A stretch of 64,000 nt of DNA from Lytechinus pictus (Eukaryota): positions 5,892,001-5,956,000 of the forward strand of contig NC_087250.1 in NCBI RefSeq assembly GCF_037042905.1, given 5' to 3'. The notes under the pieces were generated by a model, which was not told where the DNA came from, did no database searches, and saw nothing but the letters and a program-made list of their open reading frames with translations. The position numbers were made by a program, and so were the translations under genes. Shown here in pieces: positions 25,144-37,100 of this stretch. The first letter of the stretch is position 1. Every line of letters begins with the position of its first letter.

Positions 25144-28100
25144 CTGTTTGAAGAAAAGCAATAAAAGAATAATACGAAGAACAATACAGCATTTATGAGT
25201 TGCTGATTATCTAGTTGCCTATTCGAAGGCACACTATATATTATCCTGGCTATAGCTCCAGCTGCTAAAGGCTCTTGGTGCATTCATGGAATTAATCCTG
25301 CCGGGTACCCATTCATCTCACCTGGGTTGAGTGCAGTACAACGTGGGTTAATTTCTTGCTGAAGGGAAAACACGCCATGGCTGGGCATCGAACCCATGTC
25401 CCTCTGATTGAAACACAAGAGCCCTAACCACTAGACTACGATGCCCTAAGAACAGCTTGATGATACATGTATGTCAATACTTATAATACTGATAGGCTTT
25501 GAGGGAGATAACATAGCCTATATATCCCAAATTAGTCTCATATTGTCCTAAGCTATGATGAGGGCAATATGAATCTACTAAGGGAAATACTAGTAGATGT
25601 GGTATAGAAAATAAATGTCAGTCAATATTATTATCACCTAGAGCTGTGTAATGAGCAATCAAGCTATATATGCGTGTTCGGCTGTCAGTACTTCTGATTT
25701 GAGGTTACTCACGAAGTAATACCTTGTAAAGCAATTCTGACGTATGTTTTTCATCGCGCAGGCACGCACCAAGGCACATTCATACACAACCTTGCGCCTG
25801 CATTTGATTAGTTGGAAATCTTGCGCCTGGATTTTATTACTTGGAAAATATGGATATTAAGGATTGGACCGATATTTCAGTTTAAGAGGGACAATAGGAA
25901 AATGACAAATTTCACCGAGGAGAGTGTATATTTTAGTCCCTAATCATATAGCTAAGCCCTGGCTGGGTAATTGTACATATTTTCTGTTGATTTTCATCAA
26001 TTAGACAGAGAATATAGGTGTTTATATATTGTCTCCACCATGCTTCATTCAGGCAATAACAAATGAATATCCTCACATATTGTAATAGAACTGTTTCTAA
26101 TAAAAAACATCTAATAAAAAAGAGAAGAATAACCAGTCAGAAAACAATTTTCCTGGTTTTGAATCCCCATATGCTGCTACACAAAATCCTTTGGTGTCAA
26201 ACTGATCAAAACTTAGTTGAAAACTTTGCTCTTATAACCCACAATGCTAATCAAATTTGGTTAGCAAATTTGCTCCTTCAAGAAAAATCTAAATATTTCC
26301 TTAAGACGGCTTATTGTTTGTGTGGGGGTTGCTGTCACATACATGTATCTCCTTGTGTTACACGCTATTGCCTGATAGCAAATTTCTGTTATTAAAATAA
26401 ACACCATTTAAGAACAAATCAAAGGAAACCAAAACCCAAGAAGAAAAGCAATCTCATTGGAGTAAAATGAGAGGAACTCGAACTCGATTATGAAATGAGC
26501 AAGTTATAGACATTTTAAATCTTGTTGTTCTTTCTATGAGGATTGGCCACCATGCTTCAGAATCATAGAATTTGTAGACAATTCTCCATTTGATTTCCCC
26601 ATTATCTTTCATATTGCATCTTGCCTGCTTCTGAGCATAACATATGTCATGAGAAAATGAAATTCACATAAGATATGTCAAGGTCAGGAGGAGATAATGT
26701 GAAATACAGGGTATGTAGAATAAAGGGGACAATCTGTAAACTTGTGTACAAAACAAATGGAGAGTTGTCCACGAAATCAGCCATTTTGAATCATGTTTGC
26801 CAATTTGAGGATCCCCATAGAAAGTACAACACTTTTCAAACTTCCATAACTCGCTTATTCTACAACCAATTTTGATGAAACTAGTTTTAGATTGCTCCTC
26901 TCATTTTATTTTTTCTGATAAGTTGGATTCTCTCCTTGTTGTTGTATTTTGGTTTCCTTGAACAAATTAGCATCCACCAAACAGGTAAGGACCTACCCCT
27001 GTTACTCATAAGACTGGTATCCATACTAATCTCTTCTTGAGTACCATGTAGCCTTGATGAGCAACCTGGTTCATTTCGCATTGAGATATGGTCACCAATC
27101 CTCTGTATGGGGCTCAACTCTCTGGTCAAGCCAAGCGTGAAATCCTTCCTTCTCTCCATCGCATCTCCATCTCCTCCTCCATCGTTCTCATCAAATTCTT
27201 CTATCGATCCGTGAGCGAATTCTTCCGCTCCGTCACTCCTATCACCAAATTCGTCGATCCCCTTGTGAGGAGACTCTTTCCTTCGGTCAATCTGTCTGTC
27301 CCCTTCGCTTCTATTCTCGTCCGTTCCGCTAAATTCTTGAGAGAAGTCTCTCCTTCCCTCCATCCCTATATTTTCATCTCCTACCTCAGCCATGTGGGGT
27401 CTGAATTCGAGAATATCAGGTTTGGAGAGACTGGTTTCCATCATGTTATCGGAAGGCTTTGTGGATTGGTAGAGTGAGTTGCCCTTGATGATTAAGGGTG
27501 AGATATGGTCACCATTACTGAGAGACTCCACTGGGCTGGGTGCAATAATAGGGCTTGGTGGTAGACCTGTGGGACAACAAAAGAGGAAAGAAAGAAAGGA
27601 AAAACAAAGAGGAAGGAAGGAAAGGTAGAAAGGATTGAAGGAAGGAAGAAAGAATGAAAGAAGAAAGGGAGGAAAAGAAGGAAGGAAGAAGGGAAGGAAT
27701 AAAGAATAAAGAAGGAAGAGAAGGAGAATTAGGAGCAGTATAAGAAAGAGTGAAAAAAAGAAGCAGAATAAGAAAACAAATTAATTGTAAATTTATGTTC
27801 ACATAATATCCCTTTTTTCAGCTGCTTAAGACTAAGACAATGTAAGACAGGGAATGAAATATTGCTATCCTTTCCTTAAGACACCTGTGAAATGGGGAAA
27901 ATCTGTTTTATGGCATTTCAAGGCATATTCATTGTCTGATAGACAAAACAACCTCGTTTCTTTACAATACCATGACATTTGCGGTATCAAGGACCAAATA
28001 TCATCAAAGTTTCAACGTCATGATATTTCAATATATTCAACATACATGTACTGTAAATCCAAGGCAAGTGACATACCTTTGCTATGTGGGGCTTCTCTTA

Positions 28101-31100
28101 TTGGCGACATCAAGGGAGAATCCATTTTCCCAGACAGGGGTGATGCTTGGAGTTGTACATGAGGGACTGGTCTAATTGGGGTGGTCCTGTAACGAGCTAT
28201 TGGACTGGACGAAAACTGGCTCTGTTTGGATAGATGAGAAGACAAGGGTAAAGCAGAGCTGCCAAGTTGTATTTTGCATTTTCAGTATTCTTATCCCCCA
28301 AAATCAGTATTTTGACAGAAAAAAATCAGTATTTTTACCGTGTGAGATAAATATTTTGTATTTTTCCCCAAAAAAGTGTACTTCATAATAAATTGCTTGG
28401 CGCACTCGCCCATCACGGCGCTCAAGCTGCATGCAAGCTAAAATGTGCACTGCTCTTGCAGATGAAAAAAACAAAAACATTGAAACTTGTGTATATCTCA
28501 CCCTGGTTTTTACAAAATGATTGGAAAAAAAAAAAAGTTACCTGAAATTACATTGATCTAATAACCATATTTGTGTACTTTTAATGAAATAGAGACATAT
28601 AGAGATGATTTTTCTCAATAAATCTCGATTTTGAAAAAAAAAAAAAAAAAAAAAAAAAAATACGGAAAAATCGTACTACTTGGCAGCTCTGGTTAAGGCA
28701 AGGGTTTGAAGCTAGAAAGAGAGTTTTGAAAAGAGCTCTGCTGAAGGAATTGATGGCTGGTGCTTTGTAGCTGTTCTGTCTGCAGCCATCGCCTTTATTG
28801 CCACCGCCACCCCCTTCGTTATCACCATGCTCATCATCTCCAATCTTCATCAAAATGATGATGATGATGATCAACATCATAATGATCATCATCACCACCA
28901 CCACCTTCATCATCATAAACATGATCATGAAACATCATCATCTTCATTGTCATCACCATCCTCATCACCATGATGAAGATGATAATCATCATCAAGAGCA
29001 CCATCATCAATATCATCTTCATCACCATTATCATCATCATCAACACCACCACCTTCATCATGATCATCACAGCCATCTATATCATTATCACACCATCATC
29101 ATCACTGCCACCATCATCATCATCTCCACCATCATCATCATCTCCACCACCATCCTCATCACCATCACCATCGTCATCACTAATACCAACACCACCATCA
29201 TCATCATCACCTCCATCATCGTCATCCATCCATAAATGAAAGAAACATAACTGCAACTATATCAATGACTAAATTTTACTAATCATAATATTCCCTGAAA
29301 AGGACACACACACACCAACAACCCAACTGACACAGAAAACGCCCCCCCCCCCCGGCCCCCGACTAAAATCATGAAAGAATAATGAACGACCCACTTCCCC
29401 CTTATCTCACCTCAACTGAATTAGGGGTCTTCGGCATACGTCCGTAGTCTGTTGGACTGCACTCCTGGCTGGACTTGATCGGTGAGATGGAGGGGGAGAA
29501 CGGTCCGCTCTCCCTGCTACTAGCCGATAGAGGGCTGGCAGAGGGCACTCCATTGGAGCTGGACTCGCTCTGTGTGAAGAGTTTGCGCCTCAGGGGAGCG
29601 ACGGGGAACGATTCCACGCTGGATTTGGTGTACATGAAGCGACCCTTTCCTACGATATGAAATGAGAGCTAAGCCTTGTTAAAGGGCATACGACCAGCAG
29701 CCTTAAAGATAAATACCAGGGGCCTGTTTTATAAAGGACTTGCAACTGTTGAAACTTTGCCATTATGGCAACTACCATGGAAACCTTGATTCTGATTGGC
29801 TGATGAGCCCTGTTACCATGGAAGTTGCCATTATAACAAAGTTACAACAGTTGCAAGTCCATTATGAAACAGGCCCCAGGAGTGATAACGATCTCAAAAT
29901 GAGTTTGAACAGGATCCTATGAAATTACGACCAAAGTGCTTGTATGTATACATAAAAAATATGTGCCAAATATCTTTGGAAAAAAATGCTTAATTGTTGA
30001 GAAGTCAGCAAAATAAGCAAGGAATTCCATTAAATGTCGGGTATTTTTCGAAGCAATATTATTAGACTATCCCAGATATGCATTTCTGAGTAGGTGATCA
30101 TCAGAATTATCAATTTTGAGCTAAGATATTTTACAAAGATAAGTCCAGAAATAGATGTATGATAATATTTTGACAATTAACCTTGATTTAAAAGACTTTC
30201 TAGTGAAAAAAATTGTTTGCTGCAACTACTGATTTTCAACTTTAATAGCTCATTTCAGGTCCTCAAGACCTCAACTACTTAAGGCGACCGCACACCTTAC
30301 GACTGGTCTGCGACCCGATTTTGGAACAAATCGCATTTTGCTCATTTTTTTAAGATGTGAATGGAACATATCATTTTATTTGAGGTTAAAATTAATTGAA
30401 ATAATAATATTATAACCATTTTGAAAGATTGCAAGCCCTTATTTTGGAGTAAAGTCCAAATTGGTTTCAAATCGTAGCCAATCGTACGACTGCTATGACG
30501 TCATTACAACTAGATATCAAATTCGCTTTTATTTTAAGAAGGATGATAGCATAGTCACAAACAACCAAAAAATTACACGGGGGCGGCGGGCGAATTTGCC
30601 CCGGAAAGTCCTAAAAGAGCCCCGGAAAAGGGCTAAAAACATTCACACGAGGGCGACTGCAAAACTCATAATCGCCCCCGTCAACTAGGCTTGGGAGCCA
30701 GCGCCGGGTAATCGAGTCTACCCGATTCTCAATGCCAGAGTCGGGGAGTCGACCCTGATCTCTGGAGACTCGAGTACCAAGCGGCGGCGGTTCTGAGATA
30801 AAGGGACTCTAGTCTTTGCCATGCTCTCTCATTCATGGACGAAAATCGGCCCCAGCGCCGACTCCAAGCACTGAGATAAAATAAATGTAGAATTTGGAGC
30901 CGAGGAGTCATACACTTCGAGCAGAACGTTTCTCTGCGCTGCTTGTGTGCTTTAGGCTCAGTGTGACTGCATGTGGTATGGGGATGCATCGTGTGCATTG
31001 TGTGTAGTGTGTATTTCTGTGTGTGTGACTGTAAAATGCCAGTATAGAGACCACGTGCGCATGTGTTGAGCGACACTTGTGATTGTATCATGAACTGGGA

Positions 31101-34100
31101 TTTGTGTGTGGATTGTGTGAGAAGTTTGAAGGTGTAAGATTTTGGGCGACTTGATAGATGATTGCTCCCCCCCCCCTCCCATTTATGTACACTCTCTAGC
31201 CCCATGTCGAGCTGCAGCCACCCATCTTGATCCTTCCCCCCAAGCTTGTCTCTCCTCATTCCTTCTTTTCTTCCAAACTTTATTTCCCTATTATTCTTGT
31301 TAATTTCTCCTTTTACAAGTTGTAATTCACTACGAACTTCATTATAATTTTAATGAAGTGTTTATCACCTCTTGTTTGTTTTTAAATATTTTTATATCTC
31401 TGTTCAAAACAAGAGTCTCGTCTATCCCTTTTAAAAAAATCACGCTTTGATTTTTTTTTTCTTTCATTAAAAAATCCCATTGATAACGTTTGCTTGCTAG
31501 TCTTAAATGGGAGTCTTGCCTTATTGGAATATTGGCAAGAAGTTAATAAAAAAAATGATGTTATTGTTCTGTCAGTAATAAAAGTAGAGATTCAACTATG
31601 GATATTTTTCAGTCATATTTCATTTAATCTTCGTTATTTTAATCCAAACATTCATTTTTTTTTCAATGATGTATTTCACCTTTGGCCAGTTCGCCATTTT
31701 CTTAAGTGACTGAAAACGTAGACTAGCCCCTTAATTCAGGGACATCAACCCTCGGCAATTTGTTTACATAACTTTCTTTGTCTCCGTCATGTATTGCACA
31801 ATCTTGAGAAGCACATGTTTGGAAATCTGATATTCTTGTGGTGGTGGGGGGGGGGGTACGAGATTGCCGCCCTTTTCATTCTGTTTTGGTTTGGCTGCCA
31901 AATGGCCTCTCTCGGGCCTCTCTCACTGTGTGGAGAAATTAGGTCAGGTAAAATTTGCAAAGACGTGGATAAGTTCATTTCAATTAGAGGCCGTGCAAGG
32001 CTAGGCATTCATGATGGATGATGGAAATTGCCAGTTTTGGTTCTGGTAGGCCTTTTTGTCATGAATCTGTGTAACTGATACGAACGCTTAACAATTCAAT
32101 GACCTTTATGACTTATATCATTATTTTGTATGAATAATTTTAAGTCTTTTTTAAAAAGTGTCATTTAATAACTTTCAGTCAAATATGTACGAAGGATATT
32201 TGTTCAACTTCATAACATTTGCAGGTACCTATATTGTATGATAAAATAAATTACCTCAGAATTGTACAAATTCAGAACTTTCTTTTTCTTTTACATTGTC
32301 TTTAGACACGAATACAGATCTTTCTAGATTAATTTAGCAAATGGGCTATAACACTAAATAGTAAACACGCAAAGCTCACGTCAACCAAGTATCAAACATT
32401 CAAACTTGGATTAATTCATGGAGGTTCTACCTCCATGATTTAATCTGAATAGGTCTGTATTAGGTCCATGAATCAACTCAGATATCGTTCAAGCATCAAA
32501 ATCAATCTATCATCACAACACTAAAATCATAAACAATCACTTGAAGAAACAATGCGAAGGTCAAATCAGGGAAGTGTTATACTTCCCTGGTATATGCTAG
32601 CTACCGTGTATATATATACACACACACACATACACACACACACAAACGCAAAAAAGCCGCGAAATAGCTCCAGAAATTGTAGCCCTGGAAAGTGGAAAAA
32701 GAGCCCTGGAAAATGAAAAAGTAGCCCTGGAAAATGTTTAAGTTTCTCCAAAAAGAGCCCTGGAAAGAAAAAAAGTAATTTTTTGGTTGGTCACAAATTT
32801 GATCATAGGTATTCGTAAGATAATTAAGAACATTACACAGTAAGATATTCCAAGTCTTAATATTAGCATCAAATACTACTACATTTTATTCAAAAATCGG
32901 GTCGCAGACCAGTCGTAAGGTGTGCGGTCGCCTTTACATCTGGCCAGGTTCATTACAAATGATGTGGAACATTCTGTGCCGAGTAGACTTGTGATATAGT
33001 AGGTCCATTGGAATAAATACACTAAATCACTCCTCAATACATTCATCTTGGAATAATTGTACCCTACCTCTCAAGAACATTTTAGTTTCTCAACACACAT
33101 AATATCACAGGCTAATTTATCCACTGTATTACTACTAGTTATCTAAACAGGTATATTTTAAGACCAGCTATTTATAACACATAGTCAACGAGAGACAACA
33201 CACAAACTGTTGGTTAGATTACCCTCCCTTTAAAGTCTGACAAATAAAATATCAACTTCGTGTTCAAAGGAGCAAACTGACCAACAAAATGTGAGTGGGC
33301 CTCTCATTGACTGTGACAGGCTAGCTAGATTTTAACAATTAGCAGTACAGAGCATGAATTAGCCTATGATTTCATTCGTAAAGAGAAACTAACATGTTTC
33401 AAGAGGAAAAGTACCTACCTCTCAAGAACATTTTAGTTTCTAAACACACATAAAATCACAGGCTAATTTATCCACTGTATTTACTACTAGTTAAAAGAGG
33501 TATATTTTAAAAGGACAAGTCCACCCCAACAAAAAATTGATTTGAATAAAAAGAGAAAAATCCAACAAACATAACACTGAAAATTTCATCAAAATCGGAT
33601 GTAAAATATGAAAGTTATGACGTTTTAAAGTTTTGCTTAATTTCATAAAACAGTTATATGCACATCCTGATCGGTATGCAAATAAGGAGACTGATGACGT
33701 CATCCACTCACTATTTATTTTGTATTTTATTGTATGAAATGTGAAATATTCTAATTTTCTCCTGATTGTCAAGTGAAACAACGATTTATTCCCCCCTGAA
33801 CATGTGGAATAAGCATTGTTCAATACGATATGGTTCAGTCAAGTCGGTCTTTATTGTCAAATCTGTAAAAAATGAAATATTGTATCATTCAAACAATAAA
33901 AAACAAAAGAAATAGTGAGTTAGGGACATCATCGACTTTCTCATTTGCATGTCACCAAGTTGTGCATATCAATGATTTGTGAAAAATAAACAAAACTTTA
34001 AAATGTCATAACTTTCTTATTTCACATCCGATTTTGAAGAAATTTTCAGTGTTATGCTAGTTTGATTTTTCTCTATTTATTCAAATCTACTTTTTTCTGC

Positions 34101-37100
34101 ATTGGACTTGACCTTTAAGACCAGCTATTCATAACACTTTATAGTCAATGAGAGACAACACACAAACTGTTGGTTAGATTACCCTCCCTTTAAAGTCTGA
34201 CAAATATCAACTTCGTGTTTAAAGGAGCAAACTGACCAACAAAATGTGAGTCGGCCTCTCATTGACTGTGACAGGCTAGCTAGATCTTAACAATTAGCAG
34301 TACAGAGCATGAATTAGCCTATGATTTCATTTGTAAAGAGAAACTAACATGTTTCAAGAGAAAAAGTACCTTTTTGCTCCTTGGTAATATAATTACTGTG
34401 GTATAAATAATAATAATAATAGCTGGATTTATATAGCGCTTTTTGCCTGAGGATACAAAGCACTGCTATTATTACCCCGGCTTTAGCTCGAGCTACCATC
34501 ACCGGCGCTCAGTGCATTCAAGGAAATAATCCTGCCGGGTACCCATTCACCTCACCTGGATCGAGTGCAGCACATTGTGGATAAATTTCTTGCTGAAGGA
34601 AAATACGCCATGGCTAGGATTCGAACCCACGACCCTCTGTTTGAAAGGCGAGAGTCAGAACCACTAGACCATGGCGCGCCCACATACATGTATAATATAT
34701 AATATAATATGAAATATAAATGTGTTGAGTAGTGAATTTGTGTTATTCTTGGGCCTCTATTACAAGACTACACTGCATAGAATGTTGCATTATGGGTTAG
34801 GAATCTGGCCAGATTTGAGTCGTTGAGGGCTTGTGGTGGTGCTATTTATAAAGGCTGTTGGTCTGTACTGGCTTTAAAACTTTCTGTCAATCTTATCTGT
34901 ATTTTTTGATGTTTTATAATAATTCTTCGAAAAGTGTCCAGACCAAAATCTAGCAGTTTTGGGGCTATACTGAAAAGATTTACAGCCAAATTATGATTTT
35001 ATGAATTAGCATTTGTATAGTTAAACATGAATATAAATAATTTGGGCACAAGTGACAATCGAATTTGGGAGATTACGGCATGGGTGACATTCGTGCCATT
35101 CGTGATTGCACGATCAATAGTCAAGATCTGAGGGGGGGCAAAAACAGCACCCCCCTTGGGCTATGCAATTTAAAAATAGCCCTAGCCCATATAGGGTTAA
35201 GATAGCTACACAGGGATATATCAGTTTTATGAAACACCACCCCAACATAAGATAGAACTATGATGCCCCCACCCACCCTCATAAAGTTAGAATTGTGTTG
35301 TACTTACCAAGAAAAGCTTCCAAATCAAAATTGAGTGGAAGAGTAATGGCCGTCTGACAGCTCACTACAGAAAGATAAGATTTTATAAAAATATTATTAA
35401 TCATTCACAGAATTGATTGAATGTTTATTGTTATGGAAAGAGATGGGAAATAAATAGGACTGAATAAAAGATGTTCCTCCATCAATCAATCTATCCACTC
35501 GTCTACTTGTTTATTCATTCATTTATTCTTTCTTGCATTGATTGATTGATTCATTCATTCATTTATTCATTCATCCATTCCTCCACCTACCCATCCATCC
35601 ATTCATTTTTTTATTCATCCATCAATCCATTCGTTTTTTTATTCATTCATTCATCCATTCATTCATCCATCCATTCCTCCCTCCCTCCCTCCATCCACCC
35701 ATCCATCCATCCATTGTGCTAACATTATAGGAAGCTGAAAAATGTATTGCTAACATTGCATGTGTCCTGAGTACTGTGATCTCGCATCATGCTAAAATGG
35801 TGAAAGAAACTGTTTGTTATTATTTCTAGATGATCATGAACTATTACAGGTTGAGGTTTGTATCGTAACTGGCTCTCCGTAGTTAAACCACAACCACAGT
35901 TTAAATCAGTCCCGACTACAGAATACTGGCCATTGAGTATTTGAGTTGAAACAAGGCAAAAGAGAACCAAGAAAAAAAAGATAGAAATAAGGAAAAAAAA
36001 AGTGCAACAATATTAACAATTTTTTTCTTACCATCTACCTTTCCCGACACGCTCCCAAAGAAGGATCCATTGGTTGAGGAACAAATGGAATTGTCTGCTG
36101 AGTGCTCACTTAAAACTGCAAGAAAAGATATGATATAAGAGTAGCAGGGGAAAAATTACACAGGGACTTCGATTTCACCCCAGAAATGCTCGACAGAGAC
36201 CTGGGCCCCGTCTTACAAAGAGTTACTTTGATCCAATCAATCGTAACTCTATGGAAATCCATCAGTGTCATAATTTTTTCTACAGGAAATTTGCAAAATG
36301 TCCTTTGTAAACAATGGAAAACACACCAAATTGTCAAGAAATCAATGACTTTATGGAGAAACAATCATATCTAGAATTTTTTTTGAACAAACATGCATTC
36401 AATATGTAAACGTTGCTGGCCGTCCATTAGTTACGATTGATCTGATCAAGACAGTGTAAGACAGGGCCCTGGAAAATCCCCATTCACTGCAATGCAAACG
36501 CTTATCCAATGTTGCAGATTTAGGCAGTTGTTGTGAAAAGTTGCCCTCCGAAATGAAAAAAAATATACTTATATTCAAATACTTAATACTCAAATGAAAT
36601 GTAAACTGAAACACATACTGCTAACTTTTGGCGGTTTTGGTTGAGAACATGACCTACTTCACATGTTAACAATCTGACCAGGGGAGTGAAACAATATACC
36701 AACATTTACATACTTGACACCTGAATAAAACGTAATTGAAACGTTTAATTACTCATAGTACTGCTAACTGTTGGCATTTTGGTAAGAATTTACCTGTTCA
36801 CACTCTGACCAGGGGAGTGGAACAATATACCAATATTTACATACTTGACACCTGAATGAAACGTAATTGAAACGTTGAATTACTCATACCTACTGCTAAC
36901 TGTTGGCATTTTGGTAAGAATTTACCTGTTCACACTCTGACCAGGGGAGTGGAACAATATACCAACATTTACATACTTGACACCTGAATAAAACATAATT
37001 GAAACGTTGAATTACTCATACTTACTGCTAACTGTTGGCATTTTGGTAAGAAATTAACTGTTCACACTCTGACCAGGGGAGTGGAACAATATACCAACAT

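Noticed and set aside
25144..25192. Stand-alone 603-aa gene starting at 25192
   Set aside because: The first residues are the polypyrimidine tract/acceptor region; the ORF is the terminal Bora exon.
28581..29239. His/Ile/Met-rich ORFs
   Set aside because: Translations of a (CAT)n microsatellite in a Bora intron.
30729..31259. 176-aa ORF as a transposase or gene
   Set aside because: No recognisable domain; partly (CA)n-like low complexity; lies inside a non-autonomous element.
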